From: Myxococcota bacterium | GTDB lineage: Bacteria; Myxococcota_A; UBA9160; JAFDET01 | Direction: 5' to 3' | Assembly: GCA_028278065.1 (NCBI GenBank) | Contig: JANQFA010000079.1 | Location: 252-64,251, forward strand | DNA: 64,000 bases | Part shown: positions 55,368 to 64,000 of the stretch, in pieces | Layout: each line of letters begins with the position of its first letter | How positions within the stretch are numbered: the first letter of the stretch is position 1 | Notes under the pieces: model-generated | What the model saw: only the letters and a program-made list of their open reading frames with translations | The model's database searches: none | What the model was told of the DNA's origin: nothing | Program-made: the position numbers and the translations under genes

Positions 55368-57164
55368 CTAGCCGCCGGACGCCGCCTTCCGCCACCGCTC
55401 CAGCTCACGACTCAGACGTTCCAGCACGTCCGGCGCACGAGCGGCCAGATTGCGCCGCTCGAAGGGGTCCTCGACGCGATCGTAGAGCTCGTACTCGGCG
55501 ACCTCGCCCGAGCGCGGCTCGTTGTGGATGAGCTTCCAGCGGGCGGTGTGGACGGCCGTCGCGTCCACGCCCGCCCGGTCCTGCCGCCGCGAGCCCGCCT
55601 TCTCGCTGAAGGCGAGGCGCGCGGGCGGGCGCTGCACACCCGGCCGCAGGTGCTCGACGAGGCTCACGCCGTGCAGCCGCGGCGGTGCGGACAGGCGCGA
55701 GAGCTCGACCAGCGTGGGCAGCACGTCGACCCCCTGGACGACCGCGTCGACGCGCACGCCCGCCGGCACCCGCCCGGGTCCCCAGAAGATCAGCGGGACC
55801 TCCAGGAGCTCGGCGTAGAGGGAGTGTCCGTGCAGCATGTGGCCGTGCTCGTGAAACTCCTCCCCGTGATCCGCGGTGAAGACCACCAGGCTCCGCTCGG
55901 CCAGTCCCAGGCCTTCCAGGCGCTCGAAGAGGCGCACGAGCTCGGCGTCGAGCCCCCGGATCGAGCCGTCGTACCAGTCCACCACGTGCTCGATCCAGGT
56001 GCGTGCGTCCAACCCCGCCTCTTCGAGCTCCGCCTCGCTCGGAAGAGCCAGGCGGCGTCGCGTCGCATCCCCGATCCGCGCGCGGACCTCGTCGCGCTCG
56101 CGCCGGTGCCTCTCGTCGAGCCGGTCGTCGGCCCACAGCGTGGCGTAGGGGGCGCGCGGCTCGTAGGGATGCTGGGGATCGAGGACGTGGAGCAGGGCGA
56201 AGAAGGGCACGTCGCGGTGCGCCTCCACGAACTCGAGCAGCCGGTCGACCTGGCTCCGGGCTGTCTTGGACGGATGCTCCAGGTCCTCCGGCAGGGACTC
56301 CCGTTCGTGGAAGATGTCGAAACCCTGCTGGAGGTTTCCGGCCCGGCCGAGCGCGCGCGCGGACGAGAACCCCACGGTGGTGTAGCCCGCGGCGCGGTAG
56401 ACCTCGGCGGCGGTGAGCGCATCGTCGTCGAGCTCCGCGCCGGGCCGGAGCATGTCCAGCGACCGCGGGTGCAGACCCGTCAGCAGGCTCGCCATCGAGG
56501 GGCGCGTACGCGAGGCCTGGGAGATGGCGTCGGCGAAGAGCGCGCCCTCCGCGGCCACGGCAGCCAGGTTCGGCGCCGTGGCCCGCCGGTAGCCCCAGGC
56601 CTCCAGGTGATCGCGGCGCAGGCCGTCGGCCACGATGAGGATCACCACCTGGGGGCGTTCGTCTGCAGGCGACCCCCCGTGCAGCACCGGCGTACCGAAC
56701 AGGCCCGTGGCGGAGGGCTCGGATCCCGCGACCGACAGCGAGACGTCGACCCGCCGGCCGGCGAGATCCGCCAGCTCGACGGATGCCGGAACCCACTCGT
56801 CGGGCCGCGTGAGCGTGCGCTGCAGGACATCGATCGGGGTGCTGCCTTCGGGCGTGACGCGCACGCGAAAGGTGAGCGCTCCCTCCTGCCGGGTGCCGAG
56901 GGCGAGCTGGAGGCGGGGCGACGGCGGCAGCGTCAGCGAGAAGTCCGCGCCGTGCCCGGCTCGCAGGCTCACCGCGTCGCGCCAGACACCGGCGAGGCCC
57001 TCGCGGCTGCGCTCCGCGCCGCTCGCCGCGGCGAGCTCGGCGAGGCGGACGGGCTCCACGGGTGCGGGGGCGGTCCGCTCGCAGCCGCCCGTCGCGACGA
57101 GTGCCGCCAGGACGAGCGGCGCCATCACGAGTGAGAGCGCACCGCGGCGCGGGTGACGGGTCAC
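55368..57164 (-). CDS. sulfatase-family (alkaline phosphatase superfamily) lipoprotein with Thr at the nucleophile position
   Basis: 598 aa. Lipobox ATGGC. Sequence VVILIVADGLRRDH. At the C/S-x-P-S-R site it reads T-R-P-S-M-ASLLTG. Confidence 0.85.
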   Translation of the reverse strand: MTRHPRRGALSLVMAPLVLAALVATGGCERTAPAPVEPVRLAELAAASGAERSREGLAGVWRDAVSLRAGHGADFSLTLPPSPRLQLALGTRQEGALTFRVRVTPEGSTPIDVLQRTLTRPDEWVPASVELADLAGRRVDVSLSVAGSEPSATGLFGTPVLHGGSPADERPQVVILIVADGLRRDHLEAWGYRRATAPNLAAVAAEGALFADAISQASRTRPSMASLLTGLHPRSLDMLRPGAELDDDALTAAEVYRAAGYTTVGFSSARALGRAGNLQQGFDIFHERESLPEDLEHPSKTARSQVDRLLEFVEAHRDVPFFALLHVLDPQHPYEPRAPYATLWADDRLDERHRRERDEVRARIGDATRRRLALPSEAELEEAGLDARTWIEHVVDWYDGSIRGLDAELVRLFERLEGLGLAERSLVVFTADHGEEFHEHGHMLHGHSLYAELLEVPLIFWGPGRVPAGVRVDAVVQGVDVLPTLVELSRLSAPPRLHGVSLVEHLRPGVQRPPARLAFSEKAGSRRQDRAGVDATAVHTARWKLIHNEPRSGEVAEYELYDRVEDPFERRNLAARAPDVLERLSRELERWRKAASGG

Positions 57165-57187
57165 GCGCCGTTTCTACGGACGCCGCG

Positions 57188-57251
57188 CTCCGCCGTCAAG
57201 CCTCGTTCCCGCACGACCGCTCCGCCGTCAAGGCTCGTTCCCGCACGACCG
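57188..57251. repeat. 32-bp tandem repeat, 2 units, containing the FGGY kinase terminal codons and TGA
   Basis: CTCCGCCGTCAAG[C/G]CTCGTTCCCGCACGACCG at 57188 and 57220. TCA (TGA on the minus strand) at 57196 and 57228. Confidence 0.9.
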
Positions 57252-58670
57252 CTCGACCACGCGTCGCCAACGCCCGCGCAGCGCGCCGCGCTGCGCGGCA
57301 TCGAGCGCGGGCTCCACGCGCTCCCCCTCGCCGACGGCGGCAAAGCCCTCGAGCGGGCCGCCGACGCCCTGGCCGACCGCCGCGAGCCACGCCGCACCGA
57401 GCGCGGTCGTCTCCCTCTCACGGGCACCGACCAGGGTCCGGCCGCTCGTGTCCGCCAGGGCCTGCAGCAGCAGGCGGCTGGCGGCGAGCCCGCCATCGAC
57501 CGGAAGCGGGCCGGGCCGGTGCAGCAACGCCTCGCAGAGGTCGGCGCAGCGCTGTGCCAGCCCCTCGATCAGGGCGCGGGCCAGGTGGGCCCGGGTGGTT
57601 CCGCGCGTGAGGCCGCCGATGAAGCCGCGCGCTGCCGCGTTGGCCCAGGGCGTGCCGAGTCCCTGGAAGGCCGGAACGACCGCGACTCCTTCCGCCGAAG
57701 GGACGCTCGCTGCCAGGCGATCGAGGTCGGCGGGGCACTCGAGAAGCCCCACCGCTACCAGCCACTCCACCGCTGCGCCGGCCGTCGCCACATGGCCCTC
57801 CAGGCACCACTGCGTCGTCTCTCCGGGGAGACGCCAGAGGGCGATCGGCAGCGTGCCCGAGGGCGGCACGGGAAAGCTCGACCCGGCGTGCACGTCGAGC
57901 ATGGCGGCCGTGCCCAGGGTCAGCTTGGCATCTCCGGGGCGGCGCAGGCGCTGCGCGAAGGCCGAGGCCTGCTGGTCCCCCGCTCGCGCGGCGATCGGCA
58001 CCGGCGCACCGAGGAGCGAGCGGCGGGTCTCGCCCGCGGGCTCGGCCGTCCTCACGACCTTGGGCAGGATCTCCGGATCGACCCGGACCCGCTCGGCGAG
58101 AACGGGAGACCAGTCATCGCGCCCCGGATCGTAGAGGCCCGTGCAGGACGCCTGGCCGGGGTCGGTCACCGCCTCTCCCGACAGACTCTCCTGCAGCCAC
58201 GCGTCGGGCGTGCCCAGCCGCAGGGTGCCCGCGCGAGCGGCGGCGGCGATCTCCGGAGCGCGCTCCAGCCACCAGGCGAACTTCGCCGCCGCCGGCTGGG
58301 TACCGAGGGGCAGGCCGCGCTCGCGCAGCAGAGCGGCGATCTCGAGCGGGCGCTGGTCCTGCCAGCCGAGCGCCGGTGCGAGCGGCGCGCCGCTCTGCGC
58401 ATCCCATGCCAGGGCCGTCGCCCGCTGAGTGGCGATCCCCAACGCAGCGAGGTCACGCGCCTCGGCCGCGGCCTCCGCGAGGGCTGCGCGCAGGACGTCG
58501 CGCGACCTCTCGACGAACGCCATCGGATCCTGCTCCACCCGTCCCGGGCCGGGAAAGCGCGCGCCCAGGGCCAGCCCGGCCCGACCGAGCACACGGCCGT
58601 CCGGCTCGACCACCAGGGCCGTGACCCGCGTGGAGCCCAGATCCAGGGCGAGGAGAAGCTCGCCGGGCAC
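57228..58670 (-). CDS. FGGY-family carbohydrate kinase (glycerol-kinase-like)
   Basis: 480 aa with GTG start. Sequence LALDLGSTRVTALVV, GDQQASAF. Confidence 0.85.
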   Translation of the reverse strand: MPGELLLALDLGSTRVTALVVEPDGRVLGRAGLALGARFPGPGRVEQDPMAFVERSRDVLRAALAEAAAEARDLAALGIATQRATALAWDAQSGAPLAPALGWQDQRPLEIAALLRERGLPLGTQPAAAKFAWWLERAPEIAAAARAGTLRLGTPDAWLQESLSGEAVTDPGQASCTGLYDPGRDDWSPVLAERVRVDPEILPKVVRTAEPAGETRRSLLGAPVPIAARAGDQQASAFAQRLRRPGDAKLTLGTAAMLDVHAGSSFPVPPSGTLPIALWRLPGETTQWCLEGHVATAGAAVEWLVAVGLLECPADLDRLAASVPSAEGVAVVPAFQGLGTPWANAAARGFIGGLTRGTTRAHLARALIEGLAQRCADLCEALLHRPGPLPVDGGLAASRLLLQALADTSGRTLVGARERETTALGAAWLAAVGQGVGGPLEGFAAVGEGERVEPALDAAQRGALRGRWRRVVERSCGNEP

Positions 58671-58680
58671 CCGAAGCGCC

Positions 58681-60081
58681 TCAGTCTGCGTCCGGAAGGA
58701 GCACGCCCGGGTTGAGCAGATCGTCCGGGTCCAGGGCCCGCTTCACGCTGCGCAGCAGCGCGACCCCACCTTCGCCGATCTCGGCGGCCAGCCAGTCGCG
58801 CCGCACCCGCCCGATGCCGTGGTGGTGGGCGATGCCGCCCCCCGCGGCGAGCGTGGCCTCCATGGTCCGCCGCCAGCACTCCCGATAGGTGTCGGCCATG
58901 CGGGCGGGCTCCGGGCGCGCGGCAAAGGTGAAGTACAGGTTGGTCCCGGATCGGTAGCTGTGGCTCGAGTGCGCGGAGGCGACCAGGATGCCCTCCACTT
59001 CTTCGAGGCTCGCCACCACCGACTCGTAGAGGGCGGGGATCCGGCTCCAGGTCGCGGCCACCTCGATCGTGTCCACGACGATGCCCTTCTCGAGGAGCTC
59101 GCGGAAGGTGGGCACGTGGTTGCGGTTCTCGAGCCAGTGGTCGGCAGCCGCCGCGTCCACCGGGGCGCCCTTCCCCGCCTCGCAGAGTGCCGCCACCTCG
59201 CGGAGCTGCAGCTCGACGGCCGCCCCCGGGCCCTCGTGGATCAGGAGCAGGAGGCAGCGATCCTGCGGACACCAGTCGGCGAACTGGCGGCCCGACTCCT
59301 TGGTGTCATAGAGGCGCACGACCGGGGGCGTCCAGCCCGCCTGCACGAAGCGTCGCATCGCGTCGAGGCCGGAGCCCAGGTCGGGAAAGTGGAAGCACTG
59401 TCCGCGAGTCGCCTCGGGGAGGGGACGCAGCGAGAAGGCCACCTGGGTGATCACGCCCAGAGTCCCTTCGCTGCCGAGGAAGAGCTGGCGCAGGTCGGGT
59501 CCGGCGGAGGCGCGCGGCGTGGGCCGCGTGTGGAGCACGCTCCCGTCGGGCAACACGGCCTCCAGATCGAGCACCAGATCTTCCACGTTGCCGTATCCCG
59601 TCGAGAACTGGCCCGCGGAGCGGGTGGCGACCAGACCACCCACCGTCGCGAGCTCGATCGACTGGGGCCAGTGACCGATCGTGAAGCCGTGCTCCTGGAC
59701 CGTTCGCTCCGCGACCATTCCGTTGGTGCCCGCGCCGAAGCGCGCGACCCCGTCGTTCGGGTCGAGCGCCGCGAGTCCGTCGAGGCGTCGTGTCGAGAGC
59801 ACCACTTCGCCACCGCCGGTCCGCACCCCGCCGACCACCCCGGAGCCACCGCCGTACGTGACCACGGGCACCCGCGCCGTGCGACAGACGCGCAGTGCCT
59901 CCGCCACGCCCGCCGTATCGGCCGGCTCGACGACCGCGAGCGGTCGCGGACCGTCGGCGCCCTGTAGATCCTCGAGCTCCCCCAGCATCCACGTGTCGCG
60001 CCGGTGCGCGTCGAGGACGTCCTCGTCGGCGCGCACGGCCTCGCCCAGACGCGCGCGCAGCTTCTCCACAACGTCGCTCAC
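58681..60081 (-). CDS. FAD-linked oxidase (GlcD / alkyl-DHAP-synthase-like PCMH fold)
   Basis: 466 aa. The GTG start overlaps the glpD stop (GTGA). Sequence VVTYGGGSGVVGG, and C-terminal HHHGIG. Confidence 0.9.
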   Translation of the reverse strand: MSDVVEKLRARLGEAVRADEDVLDAHRRDTWMLGELEDLQGADGPRPLAVVEPADTAGVAEALRVCRTARVPVVTYGGGSGVVGGVRTGGGEVVLSTRRLDGLAALDPNDGVARFGAGTNGMVAERTVQEHGFTIGHWPQSIELATVGGLVATRSAGQFSTGYGNVEDLVLDLEAVLPDGSVLHTRPTPRASAGPDLRQLFLGSEGTLGVITQVAFSLRPLPEATRGQCFHFPDLGSGLDAMRRFVQAGWTPPVVRLYDTKESGRQFADWCPQDRCLLLLIHEGPGAAVELQLREVAALCEAGKGAPVDAAAADHWLENRNHVPTFRELLEKGIVVDTIEVAATWSRIPALYESVVASLEEVEGILVASAHSSHSYRSGTNLYFTFAARPEPARMADTYRECWRRTMEATLAAGGGIAHHHGIGRVRRDWLAAEIGEGGVALLRSVKRALDPDDLLNPGVLLPDAD

Positions 60082-61709
60082 CTGTCGTCCTCCCGGCGGA
60101 ACTCCAGGTCCGCCTGCAGTCGTTCACGCACCTGCTCTGCCTCTCGCACGCGGCGCGTCTCGTCCCAGTCCAGCAGCCGCGCCATGCGCGCGGCGGCCGG
60201 CGCCACGGCCGCCTCGCGGGCGCGCGGATCGTACAGCGCGGTGCGCAGGCGGCGGTAGAGGGCGTCCTCGAGGCGCACGGCGCCCTCTCGGGTGACCGCC
60301 CAGTCGATCTCGCCGCTCAGGACCGCCGGCTCCTCGGGACAGAGCGGCTCGCGACCGAGCGCCGTCACCTCGCCGGCTTCCGAGCCGTAGAGGCGCACGA
60401 GGCGCTCCGCGCAGTCGGAGCCCGTCCCGTGCTCCGCGCAGAGCGCCGCAGCCAGGCGCGCCAGGTCGCCGCTGAAGTCCCCGCCCGGAAGCACGGGATC
60501 TTCGGCCGGTGCGGGGGCCAGCCGGATTCCGGCCTCGTCCGCGGCCCGCTCGACGGTGGCGCGGGCCATGGGCCGGTAGCCGGTCAGCTTCCCCCCGGCG
60601 ATCGTCACGACCCCGCCGGGGCCGCTCCACACCTCGTCCTTGCGCGGGATCTCGCTGGGTGCCTTGCCCGGCGCCGCGATCAGCGGGCGCAGGCCGGCCC
60701 AGGCCGCGAGCACGTCCGACGCGCCGACATCCACGGTGAAGTAGCGACGCACGGGGTCGATGAGATACTCGACGTCCTCGGGTGTGACGGGCGGCCACCA
60801 GTCGCAGCCACCCTCCCAGCCGGTATCCGTGGTGCCCAGGTAGACGACCCCGCCGCGCGGCAGAGCGAAGATCGAGCGCCGGTCGGCCGCGTTCAGGATC
60901 GCGATGTTGCGCAGCGGCAGCCGCTCGCGCGACACCACGATGTGGACACCCTTCGAGAGGTGGAGGCGACGGGGCGCGTCCGCTGCCTCCAGGGCGCACA
61001 CGCGGTCGACCCAGGGACCCGCGGCGTTGATGAGCGAGCGTCCCCGTATGCGCACGGTCCGCCCGGTCTCGGCGCAGCGCGCGACGACCGCCTCGGCACG
61101 CCCGCCGCTCTTCTCGATCGCCTCCGCGGGCAGGTGGTTCAGCGCGACGGCTCCGTCGGCCGCCGCCGCGCGCAGGTTGGCGACGACCAGCCGCGCGTCG
61201 TCGGTGAGATATTCGCGGTAGCGGCAGGCCCACGGATAGCGCTCCCGGTCGAGCGCCGGCTCGCCTCGCTCCAGGTCCTCGCTCGACCAGTTGTGGTGCC
61301 GGTCCCGCTCCTCGACCGAGCCGAGCTTCTCGTAGGTGGCGAGCCCTACCCGCATCTTGGCGAGCCCCGCGCGCGAACGCGCCGGGACCAGCATCCAGCA
61401 CGGCTCGGCCAGGTGAGGGGCCAGCCGATGGATCACCTTCCGCTCCAGCGCGGTCTGGCGCACGGTGGCCACGTCGCCGAGTGCCAGGTAGCGGAGCCCG
61501 CCGTGGATCAGCTTGGAGGAGCGGCTCGAGGTCCCGGCGGCGAAGTCGTCGGCCTCGACCAGCGCCACCGAGAGCCCGCGCAGGCCCGCCTCGCGCGCGA
61601 TTCCGGCCCCGGTGATTCCGCCTCCGATCACGACGCAGTCGAAGCGCTCCGACTCGAGTCGGTCGAGGGCGGCGGCGCGCGACACGGCCCCGAGGGCGGG
61701 CGCGCTCAC
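60078..61709 (-). CDS. glpD: glycerol-3-phosphate dehydrogenase/oxidase (FAD)
   Basis: Track ORF 60078..61928 trimmed to the GTG at 61709. Sequence FDCVVIGGGITGAGIAREAGLRG, SSRSSKLIHGGLRYL. Confidence 0.9.
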   Translation of the reverse strand: MSAPALGAVSRAAALDRLESERFDCVVIGGGITGAGIAREAGLRGLSVALVEADDFAAGTSSRSSKLIHGGLRYLALGDVATVRQTALERKVIHRLAPHLAEPCWMLVPARSRAGLAKMRVGLATYEKLGSVEERDRHHNWSSEDLERGEPALDRERYPWACRYREYLTDDARLVVANLRAAAADGAVALNHLPAEAIEKSGGRAEAVVARCAETGRTVRIRGRSLINAAGPWVDRVCALEAADAPRRLHLSKGVHIVVSRERLPLRNIAILNAADRRSIFALPRGGVVYLGTTDTGWEGGCDWWPPVTPEDVEYLIDPVRRYFTVDVGASDVLAAWAGLRPLIAAPGKAPSEIPRKDEVWSGPGGVVTIAGGKLTGYRPMARATVERAADEAGIRLAPAPAEDPVLPGGDFSGDLARLAAALCAEHGTGSDCAERLVRLYGSEAGEVTALGREPLCPEEPAVLSGEIDWAVTREGAVRLEDALYRRLRTALYDPRAREAAVAPAAARMARLLDWDETRRVREAEQVRERLQADLEFRREDDR

Positions 61710-61759
61710 CGCGCCTTCCGGGACGGCGGCGGAGTGACCATGGGGAGCCCAGCGTAGCG

Positions 61760-62659
61760 CTAACCCAGTGCGAGCCCCGACGAGCTGGCGCCGCGCTCGA
61801 GCTCCTCCTGCAGCTCGCGGGCCGTGCGCGTGGTGCCGTCCGGGCTCCAGCCGGGCGGCCTGACCAGGAAGGCGAGCGCCTGGCGCGGACTGGCGGCCCG
61901 GGCGGCATCGCCCAGCATCGCCACCCACTCGTGGAAAGCGATCCAGAACGGGTTGTACGAGTCGAGGTTCTTCGTCAGCCCGAAGTCGACCCGCTCATCC
62001 TCCTCCTGGAACGTCCCGAACAGGCGATCCCAGACGATCAGGATGCCTCCGTGGTTCCGGTCCAGGTAGCGGACATTGCGCCCGTGGTGGACCCGGTGGT
62101 GGGAGGGCGTGTTCAGCACCCACTCGAGGGGACCGAGCCGCCCGATCAGCTCCGTGTGGATCCAGAACTGGTAGATGAGGTTCAGCGAGTGCGTGGTCAC
62201 GATGACGAGCGGGTGGATTCCCAGCAGCGCGAGCGGCAGGTAGAAGAGCGGGCTCGCGAAGGTCGTCCAGGACTGGCGGAGTGCCGTCGAGAGGTTGTAG
62301 TGGGTGCTCGAGTGGTGGTTGACGTGGCCCGCCCACAGGATGCGCACCTCGTGGCTCAGGCGGTGGAACCAGTAGTAGCAGAAGTCGTCCGCAACGAGAG
62401 CCACCGCGAAGAGCGCCGCGGTCGTCTCCGGCTCGAAGAGCCGCGCCTGGTAGACGAGCGCGTACAGCGCGATGCCCCAGCCCCGCTGGAGCACGTTCGA
62501 CACGAGCGAGCCCACACCCATCGCGAGACTCGCCGCGGTGTCGCGGGGGGTGAATCCGCGCCCGGCCGGCTCGCCGCGGGCACGACGCCACGCCGCCAGG
62601 GCGGACTCGAGCACGATGGCGGCGAGGAAGAAGGGAATCGCGTACGGGATCAGGTCCAC
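61760..62659 (-). CDS. fatty acid hydroxylase / sterol desaturase superfamily membrane protein
   Basis: C-terminal 299 aa of track ORF 61760..63355. The GTG at 62659 overlaps the end of tetR by 10 nt. His boxes HRLSH, HVNHHS, HHRVHH. Confidence 0.85.
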   Translation of the reverse strand: MDLIPYAIPFFLAAIVLESALAAWRRARGEPAGRGFTPRDTAASLAMGVGSLVSNVLQRGWGIALYALVYQARLFEPETTAALFAVALVADDFCYYWFHRLSHEVRILWAGHVNHHSSTHYNLSTALRQSWTTFASPLFYLPLALLGIHPLVIVTTHSLNLIYQFWIHTELIGRLGPLEWVLNTPSHHRVHHGRNVRYLDRNHGGILIVWDRLFGTFQEEDERVDFGLTKNLDSYNPFWIAFHEWVAMLGDAARAASPRQALAFLVRPPGWSPDGTTRTARELQEELERGASSSGLALG

Positions 62660-63318
62660 GCTTCGTTCCTTTCGAGCACGCGCCGGGCCAGGGTCTCGAG
62701 GAAGGCGAGGCGGCGGCGGGCGTTGGGGTCGGGCTGGCTGAGGGCGCCCAGCGAGGCCCCCTGCATGGCAGAGACGATGACGTCGATGACGGCCTCGAAG
62801 CCCTCCGGATCGCCCTCGCCGGCTTCGGGGAAGAGATCGAGCGCGGCGCGACGCAGGTTCACGCCGTGCTCGACCTGGACGGGCTCGAGCGCCGATCGCA
62901 GCTCCGGGTCGGTGCGCGCCGCGACCATCAGCTCGTAGGCGGCGTGCAACGCCGGGCGATTGAACGTGTCCCAGAGCAGGCGAACGGCCGCACCGATCCG
63001 GTCGTCGCTCGCCGCCGCCTCGGCGAACTCCCGGCGGTAGTCGTCGACGAGTCCCGCGAACAGGTGCTCCACGGTGGCTGCGAGCAGCGCCGCCTTGGCC
63101 GGGAAGTGCTTGAAGAGCGCCCCCTGTGACACCCCGGCGCGGCGGCAGACCTCGGTGGTGGTGGTGCCCGCGTATCCCTCCTCGACGAGGCAGGCGACGC
63201 TGGCCTCCAGGAGCTTCCGGCGGGTCGCGCGGGCGCGGGCCTGCTGGGGCACGGCCGGCGTGGCGTGGGCGCGGGCCTGCTGAGGCACGGCCGACGTGGC
63301 GCGGACGGGTTCGCTCAT
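62650..63318 (-). CDS. TetR family transcriptional regulator
   Basis: ATG at 63318 inside track ORF 62650..63384. HTH GYAGTTTTEVCRRAGVSQGALFKHF. Confidence 0.85.
   Translation of the reverse strand: MSEPVRATSAVPQQARAHATPAVPQQARARATRRKLLEASVACLVEEGYAGTTTTEVCRRAGVSQGALFKHFPAKAALLAATVEHLFAGLVDDYRREFAEAAASDDRIGAAVRLLWDTFNRPALHAAYELMVAARTDPELRSALEPVQVEHGVNLRRAALDLFPEAGEGDPEGFEAVIDVIVSAMQGASLGALSQPDPNARRRLAFLETLARRVLERNEAWT
63233..63304. repeat. in-frame 36-bp tandem duplication inside the tetR 5' end
   Basis: GCGCGGGCCTGCTG at 63233 and 63269. Encodes SAVPQQARAHAT / PAVPQQARARAT ahead of the HTH. Confidence 0.9.
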
Positions 63319-63343
63319 GGCGCCGGAGGCTATCGCGAAGAAA

Positions 63344-63365
63344 AGAAAGTGACAAGTCGCTTTCT
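63344..63365. promoter_or_regulatory. candidate TetR operator (imperfect palindrome) in an AT-rich patch upstream of tetR
   Basis: AGAAAGTGAC-AA-GTCGCTTTCT: 10-bp arms with one mismatch, 26-47 nt upstream of the tetR ATG. Confidence 0.45.
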
Positions 63366-63403
63366 TTAGAATCTCGGGCCCCACGAGGGGACGGCCCGCT
63401 CGC

Positions 63404-63646
63404 TCAGACCTCTTCGTCCGGATCCAGCTCCCTCAGGATCACGGGATGGGGTGCGTACTCGTGCCCTGAATCCCACCCCGGTATCCCGGCGGCCTGCTCC
63501 AGCCAGGAGAGCGCCAGCGATTCCTCGAGCACCACGTCGTTGTTGTCGAAGGCCTCGGCGATGCTGTCCCACAGCTCCCGGCCCCCGCCCTCCCACCACT
63601 GCGGCGCGGGGTTCTCGAAGTCGATCGCCAGCCGGACCATCTTCAC
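63404..63646 (-). CDS. small acidic hypothetical protein
   Basis: 80 aa ORF with non-artefactual composition (W/D/E-rich: MKMVRLAIDFENPAPQWWEGGG...). Confidence 0.4.
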   Translation of the reverse strand: MKMVRLAIDFENPAPQWWEGGGRELWDSIAEAFDNNDVVLEESLALSWLEQAAGIPGWDSGHEYAPHPVILRELDPDEEV

Positions 63647-63687
63647 ACCGTCATCCTAGCCCCTGCTGCGAGTGGAGTGGCGCCCGC

Positions 63688-63954
63688 TCAGGGCTCGCGG
63701 CAGGTGAGCGAGAGGGGGGTCGCGCGCTCGCAGGCGAGGGTCGCGGTGACCCCATTCACGAGAATCCCGCAGGCGTGGGAGACGGCGCGGGCGCGCGCCT
63801 CGTCGCGGGTGGGAGCCGCGACCGTCCCGCACGCGGTGCGACCGCCCGCCGCCATGCAGGCTTCGCACTCGACGGCCGCCTCGGCGGCGAGCACGCGCCA
63901 CATGGCCAGGCCGAAGAGCGCGATGGCGACGCTGATCGCGAGACCCTTCCTCAC
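63688..63954 (-). CDS. small secreted Cys-rich hypothetical protein
   Basis: 88 aa. A signal/TM segment, then 6 Cys (VECEACMAAGGRTACG...HACG...LACE...LTC). Confidence 0.4.
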   Translation of the reverse strand: MRKGLAISVAIALFGLAMWRVLAAEAAVECEACMAAGGRTACGTVAAPTRDEARARAVSHACGILVNGVTATLACERATPLSLTCREP

Positions 63955-64000
63955 CAGTCCGCTCCCACCAGGGCCACCACCCGGGCGAGCTGGTCCGGGT

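Overview
This is a very GC-rich bacterial chromosomal segment (GC not computed). The gene content is my guess for a Myxococcota or delta-proteobacteria-like lineage: a FYDLN_acid protein, PilZ, an MCP, a sigma-54-type AAA+ regulator and many lipoproteins. I support about 60 protein genes, one initiator tRNA-fMet with its promoter and terminator, and no rRNA, CRISPR, transposase, integrase or recognisable defence genes.

Core genes:
- mutL, miaA, der, queA-tgt, slt and ppk1.
- A polyphosphate cluster on the minus strand: PQQ dehydrogenase, SixA-like phosphatase, CYTH-CHAD, ppk1, and a histidine-phosphatase::Ppx fusion.
- A TetR-led operon on the minus strand: fatty-acid-hydroxylase-family protein, GlpD, FAD-linked oxidase, FGGY kinase.
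- An orphan MCP, a REC-PilZ protein, a hybrid histidine kinase and several glycosyl hydrolases and transferases.

Because GC is so high, most long ORFs in the supplied track are antisense or alternate-frame artefacts. Several real genes start at internal GTG/TTG/ATG codons, often overlapping the preceding stop by 4 nt.

Things the gene list does not explain:
1. At least nine short tandem-repeat arrays (units 25-42 bp, sequences unrelated to each other by eye) sit at gene boundaries. In four of them the unit contains the last codons plus the stop codon of the adjacent gene. Where the unit length is not a multiple of 3, this gives stop codons in more than one frame.
2. A visibly less GC-rich islet lies directly downstream of tRNA-fMet. 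It encodes two divergently oriented paralogous small secreted proteins and a third small secreted protein that shares their leader block.
3. There are unusual domain arrangements in the polyphosphate cluster, the AAA+ regulator and the FYDLN protein.

I cannot identify a defined, previously undescribed multi-gene system with confidence. The repeat arrays and the tRNA-adjacent islet are the best candidates for follow-up.
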